This document shows, one piece after another, positions 31,623 to 41,549 of a stretch of DNA of 64,000 nucleotides (positions within the stretch are counted from its first letter, which is position 1; every line of letters starts with the position of its first letter). This DNA is from an uncultured delta proteobacterium. GTDB lineage: Bacteria; Desulfobacterota; Binatia; Binatales; Binataceae. The stretch is taken from contig CAVXXK010000001.1 in the NCBI GenBank assembly GCA_963765675.1, positions 992,001-1,056,000 of the forward strand, read 5' to 3'. Below the pieces are notes generated by a model. The model searched no databases. It saw only the letters and a program-made list of their open reading frames with translations, and was not told where the DNA came from. Both the position numbers and the translations under genes were made by a program.

Positions 31623-31928
31623 ATGAATAGAACGAAGTCGAATAGCCTGACGTTCGGTGGGGCTCTGAAGGTGGGTGCTCTCGCCACGGCGGTCATGCTC
31701 GCAGCCGCGGGATGCTCGGTCCTTTCACCAGCGAGGCCAATTGATCCGCCTGCGTCGTCGGCGCAGACCGCGAGCGCGAAGCCAGTGCCGCCGCCAAACA
31801 TCCTGAATTGCGGCATCGTCAGTATCGGCACGCCGAGCAAATACGCCTGCGACGGCAAAGTATATACGTCGCGGCAGATTAATCAGATGCGCGCCGACTG
31901 GAACGATTCTCAAAAGTCCGTGAACTAG
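31623..31928 (+). CDS. Small lipoprotein
   Basis: Lipobox AAGC, Pro-rich linker, two further Cys; GGGAGA RBS. Confidence 0.8.
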   Translation: MNRTKSNSLTFGGALKVGALATAVMLAAAGCSVLSPARPIDPPASSAQTASAKPVPPPNILNCGIVSIGTPSKYACDGKVYTSRQINQMRADWNDSQKSVN

Positions 31929-32051
31929 CGCTGATACGGGGGCCGATGCGGACCGCTTAACCTCCGCACGCAAACGCGCATGAGCAGCGCGCCGATGCGG
32001 AAAACCCGGGTTCGCGGTGAGACCGCGGATCCTCGAAATGGGAGGATCTCC

Positions 32052-33713
32052 GTGAAGAGGAGAAGATTCAGGTACGCGATCGCCGCGCTGGCGGGAGCAG
32101 CGTTCGTCGTTTTGGCGGGAACCGGCGCGGTGCGCGCGCAGAGCAGCTCGGCGGGAGCCGCGCCGATGCTTACGCTCTACGTCGATCCGGCAACCGGGCA
32201 GGTCTTTACCCGGCCTGGCAAAGGCCGCTCGCTGCTGACGACGATTCCGGCGACGGCGCTCGACCCGAATGCGATCGAGCGGCACGTCGAGGAAAAGACG
32301 CAGGCGCAGATGCGGCAGAATCAGCAGCAGTTGCTCGATCTCGAGAAAAAGAACGACGAACTCGCGTCGCAAAATCATCAACTGGCGCAGCAGGTCGCCG
32401 AGATCAAGCCTGCATGGCGCGATTATATTACCAACTTCCAGAACAAGTTCGCGATCGGCACCTTAGTGTACGGCGATTATCGCTTCTATACTCATACCGG
32501 ATTCGGACCGCAGGAACTCACGCAGATCAATTCGCCGGGTCCGGGCAACAATAGTTTCAGCTCGTTTGATATCAGCCGCGCGTATCTGAACTTCTTTTTC
32601 TTTCCAGCCGATGGTTTTACGCTGCGCGTGACGCCAAATATATATCGCGCCAACGGAACCGCGGCGGCGGACAAGTTCGGCAGCTCGAGTGCGATCGGCA
32701 GCAACCTGTCAGGCGACATGTCTTACCGGCTCAAATACGCATATCTGCAGTATAATAAGGTATTCGACCGGCTATCGGACGCGCTCCGGGGCGACGGGAT
32801 ACAAGGAGGATTCATTCCGAATCCTCTGGTGGCGTGGGAAGAAGATCTGTACGGCTATAGATACGTCAACCTGACGCCGTGGAACTACTTGAGCTTGTCG
32901 TCAACCCAGCCGGGAATATCTATCGCCGGACCGATCAAGTTCAATGAGAAGCAGTACGCCGATTACGATATCGGCGCATATAACAACTCGACCTTCCACG
33001 CTTTCGAACAGACCAACACCAAGCAGGTGATGGGCCGGCTGAGCGTGTACCCATTCGGGGCGAAGTGGCGCTTTGACGGGCTGGGAGCGACGTTCTTTTA
33101 TGATTACGGCTACGGCAACGTAGCGCCGGACAGCGCCACCGGTACCTCGCTGCTCAACGCGAAGACTGGTCACCTAATGCGCGCGGCGGCGATGCTGCAC
33201 TACACGGCCGAGAACTGGGGTTTGATCGCCGAATATGATTTCGGCCACAACGCGTTCACTGGCGGCAACTTGTTCTCGTCGAGTGGACCAGCCGACTACT
33301 TTGGCACGGCCACAACTTCTTACTCGGGGTTCAGCAAGATGACGACGGCGTTTCTGGAAAATGGCAGCGCGGTCGAGCGCGGTCTGGACTTCATGGGCCA
33401 TTACCATATTCCGACCACGCCGTTTACTTTGTTTGGACTATTTGAATGGTTTCAGCCAAATACCAAGGTGGATAACGATCCGCTGGATTTCCAGCGCTGG
33501 GTAGCAGGGATCAGCTATCAGTACAATGAGTATCTGCGCTTCGCGATCGATTCGCAGAATCTTATGTTCTATCACTCGCAGCGCAGTATTCCGGAATCAT
33601 ACGTGAACTCTTTTGCGCCGGTTTTCAGCGGCTCGACGGCGGGGAAGTTCGTGACCGACGCCGTGCCGCGCGACACGCACGCGTTCTTCATCAACATGGA
33701 AGTCAACTACTAA
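32052..33713 (+). CDS. Outer-membrane porin (OprO/OprP-like) with N-terminal coiled coil
   Basis: Signal peptide, LYVDPATGQVFTRPG, Gln-rich coil, FDISRAYLN, LKYAYLQ, C-terminal MEVNY; GGAGG before GTG. Confidence 0.78.
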   Translation: MKRRRFRYAIAALAGAAFVVLAGTGAVRAQSSSAGAAPMLTLYVDPATGQVFTRPGKGRSLLTTIPATALDPNAIERHVEEKTQAQMRQNQQQLLDLEKKNDELASQNHQLAQQVAEIKPAWRDYITNFQNKFAIGTLVYGDYRFYTHTGFGPQELTQINSPGPGNNSFSSFDISRAYLNFFFFPADGFTLRVTPNIYRANGTAAADKFGSSSAIGSNLSGDMSYRLKYAYLQYNKVFDRLSDALRGDGIQGGFIPNPLVAWEEDLYGYRYVNLTPWNYLSLSSTQPGISIAGPIKFNEKQYADYDIGAYNNSTFHAFEQTNTKQVMGRLSVYPFGAKWRFDGLGATFFYDYGYGNVAPDSATGTSLLNAKTGHLMRAAAMLHYTAENWGLIAEYDFGHNAFTGGNLFSSSGPADYFGTATTSYSGFSKMTTAFLENGSAVERGLDFMGHYHIPTTPFTLFGLFEWFQPNTKVDNDPLDFQRWVAGISYQYNEYLRFAIDSQNLMFYHSQRSIPESYVNSFAPVFSGSTAGKFVTDAVPRDTHAFFINMEVNY

Positions 33714-33797
33714 CTGCGTCGCAGAAGGAGGCTGCTGGAATGGATGCTCTGGTGCATCCATTCCGGGCGGCCCGCGAAATTGCAAGGACACCTACGC

Positions 33798-34058
33798 ATG
33801 AAGCGATCGATTATGACTGGAGTGCTGGCACTGGCGATGCTTGCGATGGCGGGATGCGCGACATCGCGGGAACAGAGCCAGAGCGAATGGATTGGGAAGA
33901 CCCGCAGCGATCTAGCGACCCAGATGGGTGACCCGAAGGGTGCGGTGCCGATGACCGATACCGGCGGCGAAATGCTTTTTTACGCGTACCAAGGTCATCA
34001 TTACGTATTCGAAACCAACGCTGACGGGAAGATCGAAAAGGCGGTGGAAGTGAAATAG
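33798..34058 (+). CDS. Small lipoprotein
   Basis: Lipobox MAGC, WIGKTRSDLATQMGDP (BamE/OsmE-like pattern). Confidence 0.8.
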   Translation: MKRSIMTGVLALAMLAMAGCATSREQSQSEWIGKTRSDLATQMGDPKGAVPMTDTGGEMLFYAYQGHHYVFETNADGKIEKAVEVK

Positions 34059-34105
34059 CCCCCGAGCCGGTTCCCGCGAAAGTGCGCGTGGGAACTGGAG
34101 TGTGC

Positions 34106-34160
34106 GGCCATGGGCGCCGGGCTGAACTCCTCCCCGGCGTCCGTGGCCCTTTCTTTTTCT
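34106..34160 (+). terminator. Rho-independent terminator
   Basis: ggccatgggcgccggg...cccggcgtccgtggcc followed by ctttctttttt. Confidence 0.8.
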
Positions 34161-34169
34161 ATCGGGCTC

Positions 34170-35583
34170 TCACTTGATATTGGCGATCGATTCTCCGGTT
34201 GAGCGCTGGACCGCGGCTTGCGCAGCCGAATATCCGTAGAGCGCGTTGACGTAGGCGGCAGAGTCCTCGGTGTAGCGGCGCTCGGCGTCGTCGAGCTCGA
34301 TGATCGAGCTCAGACCGGCGCGATATCGCTGGGTCGCGAGGCTCAGCTCCTGGCGCGAGGCGGCGAGAGTCTCTTCGGACTTTTTGATTACAACGACCGA
34401 AGCCTGCCAATTGAGGAACGCGGTGTGAACCTCTTCGACAACGTGCTGGCGCATATCGGCGAACGCGTAGCCGATCGCATGTTCGCGGGCGCGCGCTTCC
34501 GCGACCTGATCCTCGGTGCGAAAGCCGTTGAACAGCGGCCAGGTGATTACCAGTCCAGCGAAGAAGTTGTTCGCTGCGGGCAGTCCGGTACCCATCGCGC
34601 TGTAGCCCATCTGTGCGGTTCCGGTCGGAAGATAGTCGCTCTTGTATTGATTGACGCGCGCACCGGCCGCGCGGGCCTCGTTCACCAGGACTTTCAAATC
34701 AGGACGGAGCTGAAACGCGCGCGCGAGCAAATCGGGCAGCGTGTCGGTGACCGGCGAATAAGTCAGCGTGCCGACCACTTGGTAGGGCGGCGCGGAATCG
34801 GCCATGCCCATCGCGGCGTCGAGCGCGACCTTGGCGTCATCGCGCGCGTTGACGGCCTTGATCTGTTCCATCTCGGCGCGCGAGAGGTCGGCTTGGGTGA
34901 TCGATACATCGATTCCGGGACGCAGATCGGCTTTGGCGAGTTCGGTTGCCTGATGCAGTTGCTCGTTGCGCTGGCGAATCGCTTCGTCGTAAACCTTGAT
35001 TTCCTGCTCGGCGGCCAGGAGCTCATAGTAGCGCTGCGCGACCGCGAAAATGAGGTTCAGGTCGGTAAGCTTCAACTGCGCGTCGGCGGCGTCAAGGTCG
35101 GCACGGCGTTCGTCGATATAGCCGCGGACGCGGCCGAAATCGAACAGGAATTGCGAAACCGAAATGCCGCCGAGAAAATTGTTCGACGACTCGGTGTTCT
35201 GCGAGAAGTCGCCATCGGGCAGATTGTGATTGCGTGCCCGAAACGCGCGGAAACAGATCGAGCGGAAAGTAGTTGGTGTTGCCGATGCCGTTGTCGGTGC
35301 AGCGCAGATACTGCGCCGTGCCATATACCTGCGGCAGGATATCGGCTCGAGCTACACCCACTCCGGCGCGCGCTGCGGTCTGGTCTGATTCTGATTCCAT
35401 TCGCAGTGGATGCAGTTTGAGCGCGATCTCGGTTGCCTGCTGGAGCGTAAGATCGGAGTTCGGTTGAATCGTGATCTGCTGGGCGCGTGCGAAAGGACAC
35501 AGGCCGCTTGCAATCCCGAGCACGAGCGCCGCAACCGACAGCTTCAACTTCTTACGTCGGATAAGCCTGCAATCCATAGTCAA
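34170..35583 (-). CDS. TolC-family outer-membrane efflux protein, +1 frameshift near 35238
   Basis: Signal peptide, LTLQQA..IAL..HP, LFDFGR, WPLFNGF, RYRAGLSSIIEL; removing one base of ccc (35237-35239) joins the frames. Confidence 0.88.
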
Positions 35584-36764
35584 TCTCCGTGCTCGGAAGC
35601 GTTTTCGTCTTCGGAGGCCCGTGCGAGAACCCGCACCGGTTCGCCGGGCTCGAGAGAGAGACTCATGTGGGCGACGACTTCATCGCGGTCGCTCAGACCG
35701 GAGACGATTTCGACATTGGTCCCGTCGGTGATACCGGTGATCACGGGAGTTTTGCGCAGCTTTCCGTTGCTGACGGTAAAGATGAACGAGCCTGGCTGCC
35801 CGATGCCTGAGACGGCAGAGCGCGGAACCTCGAGCGCGTTTGGATGCTGCGCGAGAATCAGCGATACGTTTGCGTACATCCGCGGATAGAGCCGGTGATC
35901 GGGATTGGGGATGTCGATCTCGGTGAGCATCGTCCGCGTAGCGAGATCGAGCGACGACGAATACCGCGTCACCGTCGCATGGAAGGTCTGTCCCGGAAAC
36001 GAACGCAGCGTCATCGACGCCGGCATCCCGATTCGCACGGTTCCGGCTTCGCGTTCGGGCACGTAGACATAGACGCGCAGCTTGTTAATCGCGGCTTCAG
36101 AAAGGATCGGGCCTCCGCCGGTGAGATGGCCGCCCGCTCCCTCCATCGCGCCCGAGCTGACGGATGCTCCCGAGCCCGTGAGGCCGAAGTCGCCGCCGCC
36201 GGCGCGAATCAACGCGCCCGGATCAGCGAAGCGTCCGGTGATCACGCCGTCAAAGGGCGCGGTGATTTTCGTATACGAGACCATCGTCTCGAGCGTGCCA
36301 GCGTCGGATTTCGCTTCCATGTATTTGGCGTATGCGATATCAACGGTTTCTTTCGCGACGAGGCGCGAATCGGTCTTGCGCACGCGATCCAGACGCTGCC
36401 AGGTTAACTTCTGGATTTGCAGTTTGGCTTCGGCGCGATCGAGATTTTGCTGGAGCTCGGGCACCTCGATGACCGCCAACACCTGCCCAGTCTTGACCCA
36501 ATCGCCCTTGTCGACGTTCATCTTGACCAGGTATCCGGTCACCTTCGCGTGCAGCGCGACTTCATAGAAGCCCACCAGGTCGCCCGGCAGATCGATCGAC
36601 TCGACCACCATATGGCGCTGCGGCCGAATCACCGGAACCGTCCGCAAGTCGGAGCCGGTCGTCACCAGTTTAGTCGGGACTGCGGGAGTGTCGCTGCTGT
36701 CGTGGCATCCAGCGACCACGAAGACGACCGCAGCGATCAGTAACGACTTTCCGAGACGGCTCAC
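35580..36764 (-). CDS. RND periplasmic adaptor (MFP) subunit, lipoprotein
   Basis: VAGC lipobox, KVTGY..VDKGDWV..G, ITAPFDGVI, LYPRMY; GTG overlaps the RND stop. Confidence 0.92.
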   Translation of the reverse strand: MSRLGKSLLIAAVVFVVAGCHDSSDTPAVPTKLVTTGSDLRTVPVIRPQRHMVVESIDLPGDLVGFYEVALHAKVTGYLVKMNVDKGDWVKTGQVLAVIEVPELQQNLDRAEAKLQIQKLTWQRLDRVRKTDSRLVAKETVDIAYAKYMEAKSDAGTLETMVSYTKITAPFDGVITGRFADPGALIRAGGGDFGLTGSGASVSSGAMEGAGGHLTGGGPILSEAAINKLRVYVYVPEREAGTVRIGMPASMTLRSFPGQTFHATVTRYSSSLDLATRTMLTEIDIPNPDHRLYPRMYANVSLILAQHPNALEVPRSAVSGIGQPGSFIFTVSNGKLRKTPVITGITDGTNVEIVSGLSDRDEVVAHMSLSLEPGEPVRVLARASEDENASEHGD

Positions 36765-39700
36765 TGTTTTGTCCTCCGGGAATAGAACAGCTCGTACACG
36801 CACGGGACCAGGACGAGCGTCAGGACGGTCGATACGGTCAGGCCGCCGACGGCAGCGCGCGCCAATGGCGCCGAGGCCTCGGAACCCGCGCCGATTTCCA
36901 GCGCGATCGGCATCAGGCCGGCAACGGTCGCGAGCGCGGTCATCAGGATCGGGCGCATGCGGATTCGCGCGGACTCGACCACGGCGGGGCGCAGCGCCTG
37001 TCCTTCGCGGCGGCGCTGATTGGCGAAATCGACCAGCAGGATCGAGTTCGACACCACGATTCCGACCATCACGATAATCCCCATGAACGACTCGATGTTG
37101 AGCGTCGTGTTGGTCAGCCACAGCGTCCAGATAACTCCGATGAGTCCCATCGGCACGGCGAACATGATGATCAACGGATCGAGGAATGACGCAAACTGCG
37201 CCACCATCACGAGATAGAGCAACACCACCGCCATCCCGAGCCCGAATCCGAAGCTCGAGAACGAGCGCTGCATCGCAGCCACCGCGCCGCGATAAGTGAT
37301 TTGAACGTCGGGCGGTAGCGCGATCTTGTGCAGGCGGCTTTCGATCGCGTCCTGGGTGCCGCCGAGGTTCGATGTTGACGGCTGCACCAGCACATCGACG
37401 ACACGCTGGATGTTGTAGTGGTCCGCTTCGGACGGATATTTCTTGGGGATCAGCGTCGCGACGTTGCGCAGTGGTATCGATTGCTCGTGTGCGTCGTGGC
37501 CGTCGCTGCCGTCGATGTGATGGACCGGGATATCTTTGAGCGTGTCGATCGAGTTGATTGCCTCTTCACGATATTGCGCCGTCAGAAAGTAATCGTTGCC
37601 GGTAGCGCGATCGATCCAGATCGACGGCGCGATCATCTGATTCGAGCTGAGTGCCGTGATCACGTTGGTCACGACATCTTTCTCAGTCAGGCCCAGGCGG
37701 GCGGCGCGCACGCGATCCACCTCGACATCGATAGTCGGATAGTCGGCTTCTTGCGGAATATAGGTCTGCGATACTTGTGGCAGCGCGCGCACGTCGTTCT
37801 GGATGCGCCGCGCTACACCGAATAGCGGACCGTATTCGGGACCGCTCACCTGGATGTCTATCGGCGCGGGCAGACCGAAGTTGAGGACCGCGTCGATGAT
37901 GCTGCCCGAGGAGAAGAACGCCTTGACCGAAGGCACCGCGACCGGCAGCCGTTTCCTGAGCTCGTCCATGTAGTGGAAGGTAGAGACCCTATGGTTGCCT
38001 TTAAGCGCGACCATGATCTCGCCCGTGTCTTCGCCCGAGTTCGACGAGTAAATGGCCGAAATGCTGGGCGCGATACCCAGATTTGCGACCACTGTGCCCA
38101 GCTCAGCGGGCGGGATGATCTTGCGAATTTCATGTTCGATTCGCCCGGCGAGTTCCTGGGTCAATTCGATTCGCGTGCCCGCCGGAGAACGCATATGGAT
38201 GATGAACTTGCCGGCGTCGGTGGTCGGAAATAGCTGGGTGCCGAGCAGCGGATAGATCAGCAGCGAGATCGCGAACAGCGCCGTGACCGCTCCGATCACG
38301 ATAAATTTGTGGTCGAGCGCGGTGGTGAGTTGCTTTTCGTACCAATCGGCAAACCGCAGGTAGCGCCGGTTGAAGACGCCGAACGCGCGCCGAAAGATCG
38401 ACTCCGCGTGCTCGCCGGCGCCGTCTCCGCCTTCGGCGGCGCGTGCTTCGTCTCCGTTCAGAAAGCGTGCGCAATAGATCGGAATCACCGCCATCGCCAC
38501 CACGTACGACGCGAGCATCGCGAGCACCACTGCCAGCGCGAGTGCGCTAAACAGGTACTTGGCGACGCCGAAGAGAAACATCACCGGGAAGAACACGACA
38601 ATCGTCGTGATGGTCGAGGCGAGCACCGGCAGCGCTACTTCCTCTGCGCCTTCACGCGCTGCAACACCAGGTTGTTTGCCCTCGGCCAGATGACGATTGA
38701 TGTTCTCGAGGACCACGACCGAGTCATCGACCAGCCGGCCGATCGCGAGCGCGAATCCGCCGAGCGTCATGATGTTGATCGTCGAGCCGCCCATGAACAG
38801 GCAGAAGGTCGCGGCCAGGATCGACAACGGAATCGACAGAAAGATCGCGAAGGTCGAGCGCATGCTGCCGAGGAAGATCAGAATCATCAGCGAGGCGAGA
38901 ATCGCACCCGATATCGCCTCGTGCTCGAGCGAATGGACCGCGTCCAGGATGTAGTCCGACTGGTCGAAGATCGCCTTGAGCTTTATTCCCTTGGGCACTC
39001 CGATGAGCTTGGGCAGAATCTCGTGGATTCCGTTGACGACCGAAATCGTGTTTGCGCCGCCCTGCTTTAGTACCGGGATGTAGACGGAGGGCTGCCCGTC
39101 GATCGTGACCACGTTGTACTGGATCGCGGTTGAGTCCTCGGCGTTGCCCACGTCCCCAAGCCGGACCGGCACCTGGTTGTTACCGATCTTGACCGGAACG
39201 TCGTTGAGGCTCTCCGGATGATCGATCATCGCGTTCGAGTAAATGTAGTAATCGGTCGCGCCGATCTTCGCGTCGCCTGCGGGCAGGATGAGATTGGTCT
39301 GGTTGAGCGAGTGGACGATCGAGTTGAGCGTCAGGCCGCGCGCCTGCAGCGCGTTGCGATCGACGTAGGCCATAATCTGCCGGAACTTGCCGCCGAACGG
39401 CATCGGGATCGACGCGCCAGAGACAGTCGCAAGCTGATTGCGTACGTTGTAGCGGGCCTGATCTTCGAGGTCAGCCTGGGTGAAGCCCTGCCCCTTGACT
39501 GTGACCAGCGTGACCGGCAGCGACGAGGCGTCGAACTTCAGCACCAGCGGAGGCAGCGTGCCGGGCGGCAGGACGCCCAGGTCAGCCATCGCAAGGGTGG
39601 CCAACTGCGCCGACGCCGCATCGACATCGACGCCACTATGCAGATAGACGGTGATCATGCTGACCCCCGGCAACGAGCGCGACTCGATATGCTCGATTCC

Positions 39701-39919
39701 GCTGCCGAGGGTGAAGAATCGCTCGTAGCGGGTGGTGATATCGCGCTCCATGTCGAGCGGCGGCATGCCCGGGTAAAAGGTTGCGACCACGACCGCAGGT
39801 ATTTTGAGATTTGGAAAGACGTCCACTGGCATTCGGGCGAAAGCGGTGACACCAAGAATCAGAACGATCAGCGCTCCGACAATTACCGTGAACGGGTTGC
39901 GTAAAGCGAAGCTCGGCAC
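36761..39919 (-). CDS. AcrB/AcrD/AcrF-family RND permease
   Basis: VDDSVVVLENI, NSILLVDF, RMRPILMT, PLARAAVGG. Confidence 0.96.
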   Translation of the reverse strand: MPSFALRNPFTVIVGALIVLILGVTAFARMPVDVFPNLKIPAVVVATFYPGMPPLDMERDITTRYERFFTLGSGIEHIESRSLPGVSMITVYLHSGVDVDAASAQLATLAMADLGVLPPGTLPPLVLKFDASSLPVTLVTVKGQGFTQADLEDQARYNVRNQLATVSGASIPMPFGGKFRQIMAYVDRNALQARGLTLNSIVHSLNQTNLILPAGDAKIGATDYYIYSNAMIDHPESLNDVPVKIGNNQVPVRLGDVGNAEDSTAIQYNVVTIDGQPSVYIPVLKQGGANTISVVNGIHEILPKLIGVPKGIKLKAIFDQSDYILDAVHSLEHEAISGAILASLMILIFLGSMRSTFAIFLSIPLSILAATFCLFMGGSTINIMTLGGFALAIGRLVDDSVVVLENINRHLAEGKQPGVAAREGAEEVALPVLASTITTIVVFFPVMFLFGVAKYLFSALALAVVLAMLASYVVAMAVIPIYCARFLNGDEARAAEGGDGAGEHAESIFRRAFGVFNRRYLRFADWYEKQLTTALDHKFIVIGAVTALFAISLLIYPLLGTQLFPTTDAGKFIIHMRSPAGTRIELTQELAGRIEHEIRKIIPPAELGTVVANLGIAPSISAIYSSNSGEDTGEIMVALKGNHRVSTFHYMDELRKRLPVAVPSVKAFFSSGSIIDAVLNFGLPAPIDIQVSGPEYGPLFGVARRIQNDVRALPQVSQTYIPQEADYPTIDVEVDRVRAARLGLTEKDVVTNVITALSSNQMIAPSIWIDRATGNDYFLTAQYREEAINSIDTLKDIPVHHIDGSDGHDAHEQSIPLRNVATLIPKKYPSEADHYNIQRVVDVLVQPSTSNLGGTQDAIESRLHKIALPPDVQITYRGAVAAMQRSFSSFGFGLGMAVVLLYLVMVAQFASFLDPLIIMFAVPMGLIGVIWTLWLTNTTLNIESFMGIIVMVGIVVSNSILLVDFANQRRREGQALRPAVVESARIRMRPILMTALATVAGLMPIALEIGAGSEASAPLARAAVGGLTVSTVLTLVLVPCVYELFYSRRTKQ

Positions 39920-40027
39920 GTCAATGCACCTCGAGCGAATTCCCGGGCGGCTCAAATGTGGCCGCCAGCCTGTGAAAGGTCATCGGGGACTTCTCATCCG
40001 CCGCGACGATTATACTGGAAGTAGCGA

Positions 40028-40417
40028 CTAAACCCGGGCGGGCGAGAGCGGAGGACCACATGGGTCGGACGAGATTCTTAGCCGCCGAAAATATCGCGGC
40101 GCGATGGGCTTCGGTACCAGGAGCATTGCTGCGCGCCACGCACGCGCCGCCGAAGGCGTCGGATCGAGAAGCGATAGAGGCGCAGGACCGGAATATACCG
40201 GTAGCGACTGTGCTCCGGCGTCGCTACGGTCCTCGGACAGGCCGAGATACTCGTGGCGTGCAGCGGTCTGACGTACTTCAACCGGCTTGTAGGAGGGTCC
40301 GTAATGCCGGGTGTGGAGCGCTGGAAGGACGATCGCCATTCCAAGCGCGAGCACGCATCCGAGCAGGCGCAGCAGCGCGAAAATTGAATGGCTGGTTTTC
40401 CCAAACGAACCCATCAT
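40028..40417 (-). CDS. Hypothetical single-TM protein upstream of the RND operon
   Basis: N-terminal hydrophobic segment, His residues, Pro/Arg-rich C-terminus ending CGPPLSPARV; start uncertain. Confidence 0.55.
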   Translation of the reverse strand: MMGSFGKTSHSIFALLRLLGCVLALGMAIVLPALHTRHYGPSYKPVEVRQTAARHEYLGLSEDRSDAGAQSLPVYSGPAPLSLLDPTPSAARAWRAAMLLVPKPIAPRYFRRLRISSDPCGPPLSPARV

Positions 40418-40525
40418 CCAAACCCGCTCCAGATTATGCGGACCCGAGTCTGCGCTCAAGCGCCGCCATGCTGCCGCTCGCGACATCGGCCCGCACGCCA
40501 TATATTGTCAGCCGGGATGGGTACA

Positions 40526-40990
40526 ATGAAGAGAACCACTCTTACCGTCCTGATATTCTCGATCTTCCTGGCGGCCAGTGCCGTTCACGCGCAGCAATAT
40601 CACGTCGATCAGGACACCAGCGCGGCGTTAACGAAGTATCTGCATAAGCATCGCCTGCCGCTGGTCGGCGCACAAGTACAGCGAGACGATGCCGGCGATC
40701 CGCAGGTGCATTTGTATGGCTTTGTCGCGACGGATGCGGGTAAGGCAGATGCCGAGCGCAAGGCGAAGCGCTTTCTCGGCGTGAGCGGCGTCCCGATCAC
40801 AAATTCGATTCAGGTCAATCCCTCTATCAACTCTCACGGCGCGGACGGTGGCGCCGCTGCAGATACCTCGCCGGATACGGCCAACGCTCCTGCGCAAAAT
40901 TCCAATCAGCAGTGGAACAACGCGATGCAGGGCATCTACAAGAACGGAGCACAGCCCTTGCCCTCGACCGGTGCTCCCGTTGAGCCGTAA
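40526..40990 (+). CDS. Secreted BON-domain-like protein
   Basis: Signal peptide VHA-Q; VHLYGFVAT..KADAE...ITNSIQV. Confidence 0.75.
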   Translation: MKRTTLTVLIFSIFLAASAVHAQQYHVDQDTSAALTKYLHKHRLPLVGAQVQRDDAGDPQVHLYGFVATDAGKADAERKAKRFLGVSGVPITNSIQVNPSINSHGADGGAAADTSPDTANAPAQNSNQQWNNAMQGIYKNGAQPLPSTGAPVEP

Positions 40991-41019
40991 TCCCAGACAA
41001 AAGATTTGTTGCCGCCGAG

Positions 41020-41439
41020 TCAGACCGCCGCGCGTTTCGGCTCGATCTCAGAAAAAAATGCTGCTGCTGGTAGATGGAAGCGCCGCGACAGTGCCCTGAT
41101 GTGACGTAGGTTGAGTTCGCGCTTTCCGCGGAGGATTTCAGAGACCACGCCCTGGCTGCCGACTTCGGGCAAATCTCCCTGCGACAGGCCGTGCTGCTCC
41201 ATCAGGAACTTGAGCAGTTCGACGCCCGAGGCGTCCGAAATCTTATGGTGCCCTTCGTCGTACGCCTCAATCAGCACGCTCAAGGTGTCGATAAAACGGT
41301 AGCGTGGATCCTTGGAGTTGTCACCGACCTCATCGACCAGATCGTTGAGCTGGGCGACCGCCGCATCGTATTCGCGCCCGTCGCGGATGGCGAGCAGAGG
41401 CGCGTACTTCTCAGGATACTTGAGAGTTTGATGCTTCAT
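41020..41439 (-). CDS. higA: HigA-family antitoxin
   Basis: EYDAAV, LIEAYD, LKFLMEQHGLSQGDLPEVGSQGVVSEILRGKRELN. Confidence 0.92.
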   Translation of the reverse strand: MKHQTLKYPEKYAPLLAIRDGREYDAAVAQLNDLVDEVGDNSKDPRYRFIDTLSVLIEAYDEGHHKISDASGVELLKFLMEQHGLSQGDLPEVGSQGVVSEILRGKRELNLRHIRALSRRFHLPAAAFFSEIEPKRAAV

Positions 41440-41468
41440 CTTTTCCACTCGTCTTTATCGTATTGCGT
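41436..41468 (-). pseudogene. Terminal codons of a HigB toxin
   Basis: TQYDKDEWKR* with ATGA overlap onto higA; in-frame TGA about 6 codons upstream. Confidence 0.55.
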
Positions 41469-41549
41469 CGCGGGTTTGGAGTCTCAATGCACTTCGTCCA
41501 GCCGTATGCGCGACGACCACATGCGCCGCGTGATAAGATCGCGGGCGTT

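Noticed and set aside
34068-34100. Hairpin before the terminator as a riboswitch
   Set aside because: Lies between convergent genes with no downstream gene to control; no known aptamer motif
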